Assembly (NCBI GenBank): GCA_050123055.1 | Contig: JASFHU010000001.1 | Span: 1 to 51,686, forward strand | DNA from: Anaerolineae bacterium | GTDB taxonomy: Bacteria > Chloroflexota > Anaerolineae > JAAYZQ01 | DNA: 51,686 nucleotides | Direction: 5' to 3' | Part shown: in pieces, positions 41,147-50,378 of the stretch | How the letters are laid out: each line of letters begins with the position of its first letter | How positions within the stretch are numbered: position 1 is the stretch's first letter | Notes under the pieces: generated by a model | Told to the model about the DNA's origin: nothing | What the model saw: the letters and a program-made list of their open reading frames with translations, nothing else | The model's database searches: none | Position numbers and translations under genes: made by a program

Positions 41147-41916
41147 GATCTTCTCCTATGCTGCCGGGCTGCCTCGAACAGGAGTACGGTCGCTGCCATC
41201 GCCACGTTGAGCGATTCAGCCCCGCCGGTCATGGGGATCGAGACCCGGCCCGTGACCAGGGCTGCGGCCTCCTTCCCGGCTCCGGCTGCCTCGCCGCCGA
41301 CGATCAATGCAGCCGGCTGCGTCCAGTCTACCGCCTCGTAGGCGATCTCGCCCGCCGCGTCGGCCAGCCACACGGCCCGCCCGGCCACCCGCTGGCCGAT
41401 GGCCGGCCAGTCGAGGGTCGCCACCGGCAGGCGAAAATGCGCGCCCATCGCCCCCCGCACGACCTTGGGGTTATAAGCGTCCACCGTGCCCGGGGCGAGT
41501 AGAACCTGGCCCACGCCCGCCGCCTCGGCCGAGCGAAGGATGGTGCCCAGGTTGCCGGGGTCGCGGACCCGGTCGAGGACCAAGATCAGGCCCGACCGGG
41601 GAGGCAGGTCCACGAAGGGCACCACGGCCAGCACTCCCTGGGGTGTCTGGGTGTCTGCAGAGGCGGCCATCACCGCTTCGCTAACCAGCCAGCCGCCCTG
41701 GTCTGCCTGTTTCAGTTCAGGCAGCAGGCGCTGTCCGGCTGGCGTGGTGGCCCAGGCCTCGGTATGAAAGACAAGAGCGGGCCTGATGCCCGCCCTCACC
41801 ACTTCGTCCACCAGGCGTGTGCCCTCAACAGAAAAACGGCCCTCTCGCTGGCGGACCCGCCGCCTCACGAGGGACCGAATATACTTCACCCGTTGGTTCT
41901 GCGTGCTGGTGATCAT
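41143..41916 (-). CDS. TrmH/SpoU family RNA 2'-O-methyltransferase (RlmB-like)
   Basis: Track ORF 41143..42231 is over-extended across rplT in another frame. The start is MITSTQNQRVKYIRSL at ATG 41916. DRVRDPGNLGTILRSAEA, LIVGGEAAG and IPMTGGAESLNVAMA are SpoU motifs 1-3. Confidence 0.85.
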   Translation of the reverse strand: MITSTQNQRVKYIRSLVRRRVRQREGRFSVEGTRLVDEVVRAGIRPALVFHTEAWATTPAGQRLLPELKQADQGGWLVSEAVMAASADTQTPQGVLAVVPFVDLPPRSGLILVLDRVRDPGNLGTILRSAEAAGVGQVLLAPGTVDAYNPKVVRGAMGAHFRLPVATLDWPAIGQRVAGRAVWLADAAGEIAYEAVDWTQPAALIVGGEAAGAGKEAAALVTGRVSIPMTGGAESLNVAMAATVLLFEAARQHRRRS

Positions 41917-41975
41917 CAATGTTGTGAGCCGCCGATCGCCGGCTCGGTCGCCACCCTGCGAACCTGCCCTGGAGT

Positions 41976-42323
41976 TTAGCCTTTGGCAGCCTCTACGATC
42001 TGGGCAAAAGTAGCCTGGTCGTGCACTGCCAGGTCGGCCAGGATCTTCCGATCCAGCTCGATGTTGGCCTCCTTCAGCCCATGGATGAGGCGACTGTAGG
42101 ACAGACCGTTCAGACGCGAGGCTGCATTGATGCGGGCGATCCACAGGCGACGGAAATCGCGCTTGCGGTTGCGCCGGTCGCGGTACACGTACCACAGCGA
42201 CTTGAGCATGGCCTCGTTGCCCCGTCGCCACAGGCGGTGCTTGCCTCCAAATTGGCCTTTGGTGTATTTCAGAACTTTGTTATGTCGTCGTCGGGTCCGG
42301 GGACCCCCCTTTACTCTCGGCAC
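41976..42323 (-). CDS. rplT: 50S ribosomal protein L20
   Basis: 115 aa. [26 protein letters not shown]...WIARINAA is unmistakably L20. Confidence 0.97.
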   Translation of the reverse strand: MPRVKGGPRTRRRHNKVLKYTKGQFGGKHRLWRRGNEAMLKSLWYVYRDRRNRKRDFRRLWIARINAASRLNGLSYSRLIHGLKEANIELDRKILADLAVHDQATFAQIVEAAKG

Positions 42324-42341
42324 TTGATTCTCCTCTGACTA

Positions 42342-42551
42342 CTACTTTTTCTTCAGGTAAGGGGCCAGCTTGCGGACCCGCTTCTGCGTTGCCCTGTCCG
42401 TGACCTCGTGCATCTCGTCGAACTGGCGTTTCACGCGCTTGCTCTTCTTGCGGCGCAGGTGACTCTTGCCGATCTTGGTTCGCATCAACTTGCCCGATCC
42501 CGTATACTTGAATCGCTTGGCCGCGCCTTTATAGGTCTTGATCTTTGGCAT
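42342..42551 (-). CDS. rpmI: 50S ribosomal protein L35
   Basis: 69 aa. [24 protein letters not shown]...SHLRRKKS. Confidence 0.97.
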   Translation of the reverse strand: MPKIKTYKGAAKRFKYTGSGKLMRTKIGKSHLRRKKSKRVKRQFDEMHEVTDRATQKRVRKLAPYLKKK

Positions 42552-42571
42552 TACGTCCTCCTTACAAAACG

Positions 42572-42598
42572 ATTGCCCCCATCCTGCTCAGGGGCAAT
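42572..42598 (-). terminator. Hairpin plus U-rich tract between infC and rpmI (possible internal attenuator)
   Basis: Minus strand AUUGCCCC-UGAGCAGGAUG-GGGGCAAU followed by CGUUUUG, immediately before the rpmI RBS AAGGAGG. Confidence 0.35.
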
Positions 42599-42675
42599 AT
42601 CGGTCTGGATCCAATACGTCACAAAGTTGAGCAGAAAACGCAAACGCTGTCAACCCATGTGCCTGTTCCTGTGCC

Positions 42676-43197
42676 TCACTTGCGGCTCGTACCAGGAGCC
42701 ACAATCATCAACATCGTACGCCCCTCGAAACTTGGCCGCTGTTCAACGGTCCCCACATCCGCCAACTCGCTGACAAAGTGGTCAAACTGCTTCTTGGCAA
42801 CGTCGAGATTATAGATCTCGCGGCCTCGAAACCGCATACGGACCTTGACCTTGGCACCCGCTTCCAGGAATGATCGAGCCTGACGGATCTTAAAGTTGAC
42901 GTCATGCTCGTCGGTCTTGGGCCGCAAGCGGACTTCTTTGACTTCAACCTTTTTTACCGACTTGCGTGCTTCCCGCTCGCGCTTGGCCCGATCATACTGG
43001 TACTTGCCAAAGTCCATCAGCTTGGCGACCGGAGGATTGGCGTTGGGCGCGACCTCGACCAGATCCAGGGATCGCTCTTCAGCCAGGCGGAGCGCCTCCC
43101 TCCGCGGAAGGATGCCGAGCTGCTTGCCATCGGAATCGATGACGCGCAACTGTGGCGCCCTGATGGCACCATTGACTCGTGTTCTGCTTCTGCTAAT
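42676..43197 (-). CDS. infC: Translation initiation factor IF-3, AUU start codon
   Basis: The track starts at an internal TTG (43149). The frame stays open upstream to ATT at 43197-43195, preceded by GAGGAGGAG and an in-frame TGA. The N-terminus I-SRSRTRVNGAIRAPQLRVIDSDGKQLG is canonical IF-3. Confidence 0.92.
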   Translation of the reverse strand: MSRSRTRVNGAIRAPQLRVIDSDGKQLGILPRREALRLAEERSLDLVEVAPNANPPVAKLMDFGKYQYDRAKREREARKSVKKVEVKEVRLRPKTDEHDVNFKIRQARSFLEAGAKVKVRMRFRGREIYNLDVAKKQFDHFVSELADVGTVEQRPSFEGRTMLMIVAPGTSRK

Positions 43198-43277
43198 CTC
43201 TACTCCTCCTCATGGTTCACAACTCACACAAGGGTCTCTGACCCTCCCGGGCGACAATGCCCACCAACTTGAGCAGC

Positions 43278-43306
43278 ATTATACCTCAAAACCCCAACGC
43301 GGTCAA
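43278..43306 (-). promoter_or_regulatory. Sigma-70-type promoter of infC-rpmI-rplT
   Basis: Minus strand TTGACC (43306-43301), 17-nt spacer, TATAAT (43283-43278), about 75 nt upstream of the AUU start. Confidence 0.65.
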
Positions 43307-43443
43307 ATGGGAGAGGAGACGTGTATGATCGGTATACCGCAGTCTGCTCCGGCCGGATCGCCAGATCCGGCAGAACTGCAGCGGATGGCAACTGCAGGTT
43401 GCACGCGATCCACTGCGAGCCATTGCGGTCTACTGATGATGGA

Positions 43444-45243
43444 TTACAGATCTCGCTTTTCGGCCACAGCGGCCTGGGCCATGGCGATGAAATCGGCCAG
43501 GGGCTGGGCGCCCAGATCCTGACCGTCGCGCAGCCGCACGGCCACGGCGCCGGCCTTTACCTCGCGGTCGCCCATGACCAGCATGTAAGGTACCTTTTGG
43601 AGCTGGGCGTCGCGGATCTTGGCCTGCATCCGGTCGCTGGAATCATTCACCTCCACCCGTAGCCCGGCCGCACCGAGCTCGGCAGCCACCTGGTGGGCAT
43701 ACTCGCCGTGCCGGTCGGCGATGGGGATCAGCACCACCTGCACCGGTGCCAGCCAGGCTGGAAAGGCGCCGCCATAGTGTTCGATCAACGTGCCGAAAAA
43801 GCGCTCCAGCGATCCCAGCAGCGCCCGGTGCACTACGTAAGGCTGGTGTTCCTGGCCATCCTCGCCGATGTAGCTCATCTCGAACCGCTCCGGCAGGTTG
43901 AAATCGAACTGGATCGTCGACGTCTGCCACTCCCGTCCCAGGGCATCCTTCACCTTGATGTCGATCTTGGGGCCGTAAAAGGCGCCGCCCCCTTCGTCAA
44001 CTTTGTAGGGCAATCCCTGGGCCTTCAGAGCCCTGTCCAGCGCCTGCTCCCCCTGCAGCCAGCGCTCCGGCACCCCGACATAGTGTTCGGGGCGCGTGGC
44101 CAGATAGATGGCGAAATCCTCGAACCCAAAGGCCCGCAGCATGCCCAGGCTAAAGTCATAGACCGCCGCGATCTCGTCCTCAACCTGATCGGGCCGGCAG
44201 ATGATGTGGGCATCGTCGATCGTAAAGCCGCGCACCCGGAGCAAACCGTGCAGCACACCACTGCGCTCGTAGCGATAGACCGTGCCCAGCTCCGCCCAAC
44301 GCAGGGGCAGCTCCCGGTAAGAGCGTCGGCGCGAGTTGTAGACCAGGATCTGATAGGGGCAGTTCATGGGCTTGATAAAGTACTCCTGCCCCTCCACGTC
44401 CATCGAAGGGTACATGCTCTCCCGGTAAAAGTCCAGGTGCCCACTGACCGACCACAGATCGGCCTTTCCAACGTGGGGGGTATAGACGATTTCGTATCCC
44501 CCCCGGTCATGCTCCTGGTACCAGAATTCCTCGATGAGCCTGCGGATACGTGAGCCTTTGGGATGCCAGCAGATCAAGCCCGGGCCCCCGGCCTCCTGGA
44601 TGCTGAACAGGTCCAGTTGCTTGCCCAGTTTGCGGTGATCGCGCCGGGCAGCCTCCTCGAGCCGCCAGAGATAGTCCTCCAGCTCGTCCTGGTTCTCCCA
44701 GACCGTGCCATAGATGCGCTGCAGCATTGGCTGGTTCTCGTCACCACGCCAGTAGGCGCCGGCGATGTTCAGCAGCTTGAAGGCTTTGGGCGGGATCTCA
44801 CCCGTGTTCTCCAGGTGCGGACCCCGGCAGAGATCGGTAAAGTTGCGGTGCGAGTAGATGCCCATGTGGCTGACCGGCTCGGCGCCAGCCCCAGCAGCCG
44901 ACATGCCATCCTCGTCCTCCTCGCCCGAAGAGAGCTTGTCGATCTGGTCGATCTTGAAGGGCTGGTCGGCAAACATCGCCTTGGCCTCGCCGACGTCGAC
45001 CTCGCGGTACTCAAAGGGATACTTGCCCTGGATGCTCTCCCTCATCCGCTTTTCGATTTCGACCAGATCTTCGGGCGTCAGCGACCGCGGCAGGTCGAAA
45101 TCGTAGTAGAAACCGTTCTCGATGGGCGGGCCAAAGGCCAGCTTGCCCTCCGGGAACATGTCCAGCACCGCCTCGGCCATCACATGGGCCGTGGAGTGCC
45201 GTAACTTGTATAGTTGTTCGTCATTTTTCTTCTCAGATGCCAT
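43444..45243 (-). CDS. thrS: Threonine--tRNA ligase (short form without the N-terminal TGS domain)
   Basis: 599 aa. HSTAHVMAEAV editing-domain motif and class II motifs (FRRE-like region, GFTIDDAHIIC, GGAFYGPKID). Starts about where E. coli ThrRS residue ~65 aligns. GAGGAGG RBS. Confidence 0.96.
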   Translation of the reverse strand: MASEKKNDEQLYKLRHSTAHVMAEAVLDMFPEGKLAFGPPIENGFYYDFDLPRSLTPEDLVEIEKRMRESIQGKYPFEYREVDVGEAKAMFADQPFKIDQIDKLSSGEEDEDGMSAAGAGAEPVSHMGIYSHRNFTDLCRGPHLENTGEIPPKAFKLLNIAGAYWRGDENQPMLQRIYGTVWENQDELEDYLWRLEEAARRDHRKLGKQLDLFSIQEAGGPGLICWHPKGSRIRRLIEEFWYQEHDRGGYEIVYTPHVGKADLWSVSGHLDFYRESMYPSMDVEGQEYFIKPMNCPYQILVYNSRRRSYRELPLRWAELGTVYRYERSGVLHGLLRVRGFTIDDAHIICRPDQVEDEIAAVYDFSLGMLRAFGFEDFAIYLATRPEHYVGVPERWLQGEQALDRALKAQGLPYKVDEGGGAFYGPKIDIKVKDALGREWQTSTIQFDFNLPERFEMSYIGEDGQEHQPYVVHRALLGSLERFFGTLIEHYGGAFPAWLAPVQVVLIPIADRHGEYAHQVAAELGAAGLRVEVNDSSDRMQAKIRDAQLQKVPYMLVMGDREVKAGAVAVRLRDGQDLGAQPLADFIAMAQAAVAEKRDL

Positions 45244-45361
45244 GGTTCAAACCTCCTCAGGTGTCAGATGGGCAACGGGGCGATGGGATTGCCCGTTGCA
45301 GCTTGGGTCCAACCAGTATCGGTGTTGCCATCGTCGTCGGTCAACGCCACCACCCCCTTTC

Positions 45362-45630
45362 AGGACAACAAAAAAGCCCTCGCCCATGGGGCGAGAGGCA
45401 AGCTCACGCGGTTCCACCCAATTCAGCCAGCCGGCGGCTGGCCATCTCCAAGGCCGGCAACGGGGCCATCCGGAGCCCTATACTCTCGCCTGCGGCGATT
45501 TGAAGGGCCCACTCCCAGGGGGTTTTCGACAGTTTCTGGCGATGCAGGCTTGCAGCCGGTGACCCGCACTCTCTGGCGCTTTCCGCCGCCTACTCGTCCT
45601 GGTCGACGTGTTCTCGATCTTCTATTGCTC
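45362..45630 (-). promoter_or_regulatory. T-box riboswitch leader of thrS (threonine specifier candidate ACU)
   Basis: Minus strand has AAUUGGGUGGAACCGCG (plus coordinates 45407-45423), which matches the conserved T-box sequence, followed by a terminator hairpin plus U6. Upstream elements: AGAGA bulge motif (CCAGAGAGUG), GAGUA, and GAA-ACU-G at 45531-45533 in specifier-loop geometry. Confidence 0.8.
45370..45399 (-). terminator. Intrinsic terminator of the T-box expression platform
   Basis: Minus strand GCCUCUCGCCC-CAU-GGGCGAGGGC followed by UUUUUU. Its 5' arm overlaps the 3' part of the T-box sequence, giving a terminator/antiterminator alternative. Confidence 0.75.
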
Positions 45631-45632
45631 CC

Positions 45633-45660
45633 ATTATATCCGATTTGCGGAATCTGTCAA
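45633..45660 (-). promoter_or_regulatory. Sigma-70-type promoter of the thrS leader
   Basis: Minus strand TTGACA (45660-45655), 16-nt spacer, TATAAT (45638-45633). Confidence 0.7.
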
Positions 45661-45784
45661 GTGCCAGTGGAAAAAATCATAGGGTTTTGGAAAGTGTCCC
45701 TATAGAGGTTTCTCGCGCTCGTCAGGCGACCATGCAGCAACCCTGAGGGATCCAAGAAACGATGGCCAGGGACGCCATTCCGTC

Positions 45785-47059
45785 TCAAGTTCGCGAGCTA
45801 CCGGCCACTACTGCTTCCTGTTCTAGCTTTAGACCTCGGGCTAGCATGTATTGGATGAGCTCCGACATGTCGGCCAGATGGGGGTGGTGGGTCAAGCGAG
45901 CCAGCCGGCGCTCGTCGGCAGGGCTCAGGGGTTTGGCCCAAAGGGCGTAGGCATTGAGTGTATCCATATCCATCCGGTAGGGTCTGAAACGGGGGGAGAC
46001 CAGCCGCCGCAACTGGGCCAGGATACTCAGGCCTCCGCAGTCCAGATCGGCCCAGACCAGCAGCGGAACGCGCTCTGGGAGGCCCTGGGAAAGAGTTTGC
46101 AGCAGGTGGCGGCAGGAGGGCGAGGGATTACCCCCCAAGTAGAGCGCGGCCAGACCCGCCGGCTCGCGGCGGATCAGCTCATAGAGCGGCGTCAGGTTCT
46201 CGACGCACACCACTTGCTGGGCATCCACAGTGACCTCCTGGACCCCCGCCGCGAGTCGCGCTGGGAGGCCCACCGATGGTTCAAAGTCGCGCAGGTCATG
46301 GGCGACGCCCCGGCGATCGACCAACCGCCAGGGGCCATAGAGGTAGATGTGGCCGGGGTTGGAGACCAGCCCCAATTCCAAGAGTACCTCGTGAGGTCTC
46401 AACTCGCGCCAGTCGGGTCCGTGGCGGCGGGCCAGGTGTACCACCGCCCTGCGGAGCGCGTCGAAGCGTTTGCTATCGTTAAAGAGGCGCACACTGAAGA
46501 CGCGGATGGGCATCTCTTCGACCACGTCGCCCAGAGCCACCAGGGCGGCCAACAGGTCGCGGTTGTGATCCTCGTCGGTGAGGGAAAAGGGTGCGGGCGA
46601 GCGCTCCTCCTTGAGCTGCTTCAGGGTGTGCTGCACCGCCCGGAGCCGCCAGCCGTCGATCCGGTACCGGTCACTCAACAGGAGGTCGCGCAGTCGAGCG
46701 CGGCGCTCGGCCAGAGTAGTGCGGCCCAGCAGGGCAAAGGCGTCACCGGCGCGGTCCGGGTTGAGCGTGGCAGATTCCAGCAAATGGCCGGTCTCGCCAG
46801 GTAGCCAGGTCAAATCTACCAGGCCGGAGCGCTCCAACCGCCAGAACTGCTCATTGGCCACCTGGCGCGGCTCGGGGTCCAGTTGACTGGTATAGCCGGT
46901 AAGGTCCAGCGCCTCGAGATCGCAGCGGATGATGCGGGCGCGAGGATCCTGGCGCCGCTCGTACTGGTCGAGCAGGTTGTTCAGGATGGTGGCTACGTCG
47001 CGCGTAGGCGTGAAGGACAATAACTGAGACATGGTGTTTCCGTCCCTATCCGTGCCCAT
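45785..47059 (-). CDS. jetD: Wadjet JetD (Toprim/topoisomerase-VI-like nuclease subunit)
   Basis: 424 aa; an alternative ATG lies at 47032. The C-terminal half has VVCVENLTPLYEL (Toprim Glu) and LLVWADLDCGGLSIL (DxD), as in DUF2220-type JetD. Last gene of the SMC-like operon. Confidence 0.75.
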   Translation of the reverse strand: MGTDRDGNTMSQLLSFTPTRDVATILNNLLDQYERRQDPRARIIRCDLEALDLTGYTSQLDPEPRQVANEQFWRLERSGLVDLTWLPGETGHLLESATLNPDRAGDAFALLGRTTLAERRARLRDLLLSDRYRIDGWRLRAVQHTLKQLKEERSPAPFSLTDEDHNRDLLAALVALGDVVEEMPIRVFSVRLFNDSKRFDALRRAVVHLARRHGPDWRELRPHEVLLELGLVSNPGHIYLYGPWRLVDRRGVAHDLRDFEPSVGLPARLAAGVQEVTVDAQQVVCVENLTPLYELIRREPAGLAALYLGGNPSPSCRHLLQTLSQGLPERVPLLVWADLDCGGLSILAQLRRLVSPRFRPYRMDMDTLNAYALWAKPLSPADERRLARLTHHPHLADMSELIQYMLARGLKLEQEAVVAGSSRT

Positions 47060-50000
47060 TCCCCCGCTGCTCCGCCTGCAGATGTTTTATCATCTCCGCC
47101 TTGTCGATCTCGATCACAAAAGCGTGATTGTTCTTGCGCACTACGGTGCGTACCGCATCCACATAGGGCAATAGGCCGCCGGCCTTGTCGGGCGGGGTGG
47201 CCAAGATCACCTGCAACTGGCTATCGACCATGAATTGGAGGGCGCTGGCCGTACGGGCGGTATCCATCTTGCCGAATGCTTCGTCAAAGAGGGCCAAGCG
47301 CACCGTATCGGCGTGGCGAGGCTGGTTGAGGCGGTAGGCCTGGGCAAAGGAGGCGGCCATGGCTACGTAGAATGGCGTGGTAGTCTCGCCGCCCGACTTT
47401 TTGGCGTTGATCTTGCTCAGCAGTGCCCGGTCGCCGTTGGGATAGTGGATGCGGATGTCGTATTGCAGGTAGTTGCGATAGTCCTGTAGTTCCTGCAACT
47501 CACGGTCTGTGTCGTCGTCCAGGCCGACAGTCAGTCGTTCGAACAGCAGGTCCCAACCCTGCTGGTGCCGCTGCCGAAAATCGGAATCGAAGAGGCTCGA
47601 TCCCAGAACCGTCTGGCTGTCCATGATCAGGCCATACACCTGACGCAGCGACGGCTCGGGCCTGGTGATGAACTCAAAGCGCTCGCCGCCGAAGCGGAGC
47701 GCCGACAGGGTAGCGTTGAGATAGCCCAGTTGCTGGCGTGCATCTTCGATCTGCTCCCGCAGGCGGTGGATAAAGTTCTCCACCAATTCCTGCTCGGCTA
47801 GGGCGCGCTGCTCGGCGATGCGCTCCTCGTACTGGGGAAGCTCTGACTCGACGAACTTGTCTCGCTCGTGGACATAGCGGGCAGCGTCTTCGTCGCTGTC
47901 AAAGCCAAAGTCATGGGCCAGGCTGTAGGCCTGTTTGGCCTCGCGCAAGCGGTCGCGACTCCGGTTCTCGGCGGTCTGATAGTCACCCTCGTACCGTGCC
48001 GCATTGTGCAGGATGGTCTCGATGGGCTGGCGCTTGCGGCGGCGCTCATACTCGTGCTGTAGATCCTCAAGTAGTTCTTCTGCGCCCTCTTCCTGGAGAA
48101 AGATCGCTGCGTCCTGGAGAGCCTCGTCCGCCGCCCGCTCCAAGCCGGGCAGTGTTGCATCGTTCAGGGTGGCTACCTGTTCCTCCAGGCGGCCAATCTC
48201 CCGCTCTAGCTGGCTGAACTGGCCTTGCAGGTCGTCCACTTTGGCCTGGTGTTGCTCTACCGCGGCTCGCAGCGTCTCGATCGTCTGGGTATTCAGGCCT
48301 GCCAGCTCGGCCTGCAGGTCAGCCATCTGTTGCTCCCGTGCGGGAAGGGGGGCGACGGCCGGAAGATCGCGCTCCAGGTGGTAGAAGAGGCGCACCTTGT
48401 CGCGGGTCAGGGTCAGGCGCTGGGCCAGGCCATCCGAACGTACCTGCAGGGCGGCCATCTCTTGGGCGATGGCGGTCAACTGGCTCTCGCGCTCCTCGAT
48501 CTGGCGGGGGAGCGCCCGCTCGCCGATAAACCAACGGCGGTAGATGCGCGGGTTCAGGTGGCTGGTGGTGTAAGTGCGCCGGACAAAACAGTCTCGGCTG
48601 ACGGCGGTGCGGTGGTCGCGCAGTTCCTCCAGGGTGTCACACTTGACGTAGCTGCCCAGGACCAGATCCACAAAGGCACGGGCTGCCGGGTGCTCGGTCT
48701 CGACCTCGCGGGCCAGGGTGCCGGCGCGGGCCGGGCGGGTGTTGGCCACCAACCGCTCGCCGTCCAGCAGACCCACGCCGTGGAGCCCGTCCTGGTGGCG
48801 GCGTCGATAGAGGGCCATCGCCGCGTCATAGTGCTCCGGCGGGACGAACAGGTGGAAGCGATTGCGTCCCAGCAATCCCTCAATCGCGTCCTGCCACGAT
48901 TCGTCGGGTACACGCAGCAGGGTGCACAAGTAGGGGACCTCCTCTGCAGCCAGGCCCAGTTCGGCTCTCAGCAGGCGGCGCAACCGGGCTGCCTGAGGCG
49001 CTTCAGTGTCGGTGCTGACGTCGCGGTCGCCGGTGCGGAGTTGAATGATCTCCCGCTTCAAGCCTTCCGCTTCGCGACCGAGTTGGACCACCTGCTCGTC
49101 GACCAGCGCCTGCTGCCGGGCGTACTCGTCGCCCAGGATCGCCAGGTCCACCTGGAGGCTGGCGATGGCGTCCAACAGCTCGGCGTCCAGTCCCCCCTTC
49201 CGCTCGGCGAATCGGTCCAGCGGCGCAGGCACATCCAGCCCATCCTCCTGCAACAGGGTCCTCAGTTCATCGGTCGCAGATTGCTCTTTTGACACAAGGT
49301 CGCTGAGTTCGAGCCTGTGGCCGCGGAGGGCGGTCACTTCCTCCTCCAGGGCGGCGATTTCCTGGCGCAGGGCTGCTTCGCGGGCAGCGGTCGCATCGGT
49401 CTGGAGGGCGACCTGGGCGTCAAGGAGCGCCTGGCGGGCAAACCCCAGGTTCTCCTCCAGGCTGCCGCGGCGCAGCTCGGCCCGGCTGAGATCCATACGC
49501 TTCTCATCCAGCTCGTGCCGCCGGAGCTCGAGGGCAGCCAGGTGATGGTCGCCCTGGGCGTGGCGGCGGATGTAGCCGTTTGTGATGCGCCTCCGGCGCT
49601 GGGTTGTCCGCTCCTGGTCCAGTTCCTCGATGCGGTTCAGTTCTTCTATGCGCTGGCGGACGTCGGCGGCCAGGTCTTCAAAGTGGCGCAACGTCTCCAA
49701 CTGTTCCTGCAGCACGTGGACGTCCACCAGGTTTTCGTCGAGGAGGTAGTTGTGCACAAAATCGCGGATCTTGGTCAGCGGGCTAAAGGCCAGCCCCTTG
49801 ACGATCTTGGCCGGGAAGGTGTCCTTGAGCTGGCCCAGCCGGTTGAGGAGGTGAAAGCGATAGTCCTCCAGCCGGGTGAAGAGGTGTGCCCGGCTGCCGG
49901 CTGGCAGGGCAAAGTGCTCCAGGTGGCGGCGGAAGGCGCGGCTGTCGTAGAGCTTGCCGGGCGCGCGAAAGAACCAATTGTCGTTGAGGGGCGCGCCATT

Positions 50001-50378
50001 GACCAAAAAGTAGACCACGTTGGGCGAGCGACCATCCTCGTAGGCGTCGACGACGGCACCATGGACAAAGTGGGTGGCATCCTCCTCGCAGAACTCGAGG
50101 GCTACCACGCCCGTCGAGTCGCCGCGCAGGAAACGCTGCCCCTCGGTGCCCAGCTCGCCGCGCACGTAGCTGGTCAGGGTGCGGCGGCTGCCGCTCATGG
50201 CCGCCTGGTTGAACCTCACGTCACGCTGGCCGCCCACCAGGGCAAACTGCATGGCGTCGAGGATGGTCGACTTGCCGGTGCCGTTGGTGCCGATAAAGTA
50301 GGTGGTCCCGTTGCAGGTGATCGTGGAATTCTCAAACAGGTGCCAGTTGATGAGCCGAATGCGCTTGAGCTCTTTCAT
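47046..50378 (-). CDS. jetC: Wadjet JetC (SMC/MukB-like ATPase)
   Basis: 1110 aa. N-terminal RLINWHLFENSTI...FIGTNGTGKSTILDAMQFAL (Walker A), about 700 aa of heptad-rich E/R/L/Q coiled coil, then KKSGGETTTPFYVAMAASF (signature) and LALFDEAFGKMD (Walker B). ATGA overlap with jetB. Confidence 0.85.
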   Translation of the reverse strand: MKELKRIRLINWHLFENSTITCNGTTYFIGTNGTGKSTILDAMQFALVGGQRDVRFNQAAMSGSRRTLTSYVRGELGTEGQRFLRGDSTGVVALEFCEEDATHFVHGAVVDAYEDGRSPNVVYFLVNGAPLNDNWFFRAPGKLYDSRAFRRHLEHFALPAGSRAHLFTRLEDYRFHLLNRLGQLKDTFPAKIVKGLAFSPLTKIRDFVHNYLLDENLVDVHVLQEQLETLRHFEDLAADVRQRIEELNRIEELDQERTTQRRRRITNGYIRRHAQGDHHLAALELRRHELDEKRMDLSRAELRRGSLEENLGFARQALLDAQVALQTDATAAREAALRQEIAALEEEVTALRGHRLELSDLVSKEQSATDELRTLLQEDGLDVPAPLDRFAERKGGLDAELLDAIASLQVDLAILGDEYARQQALVDEQVVQLGREAEGLKREIIQLRTGDRDVSTDTEAPQAARLRRLLRAELGLAAEEVPYLCTLLRVPDESWQDAIEGLLGRNRFHLFVPPEHYDAAMALYRRRHQDGLHGVGLLDGERLVANTRPARAGTLAREVETEHPAARAFVDLVLGSYVKCDTLEELRDHRTAVSRDCFVRRTYTTSHLNPRIYRRWFIGERALPRQIEERESQLTAIAQEMAALQVRSDGLAQRLTLTRDKVRLFYHLERDLPAVAPLPAREQQMADLQAELAGLNTQTIETLRAAVEQHQAKVDDLQGQFSQLEREIGRLEEQVATLNDATLPGLERAADEALQDAAIFLQEEGAEELLEDLQHEYERRRKRQPIETILHNAARYEGDYQTAENRSRDRLREAKQAYSLAHDFGFDSDEDAARYVHERDKFVESELPQYEERIAEQRALAEQELVENFIHRLREQIEDARQQLGYLNATLSALRFGGERFEFITRPEPSLRQVYGLIMDSQTVLGSSLFDSDFRQRHQQGWDLLFERLTVGLDDDTDRELQELQDYRNYLQYDIRIHYPNGDRALLSKINAKKSGGETTTPFYVAMAASFAQAYRLNQPRHADTVRLALFDEAFGKMDTARTASALQFMVDSQLQVILATPPDKAGGLLPYVDAVRTVVRKNNHAFVIEIDKAEMIKHLQAEQRGNGHG

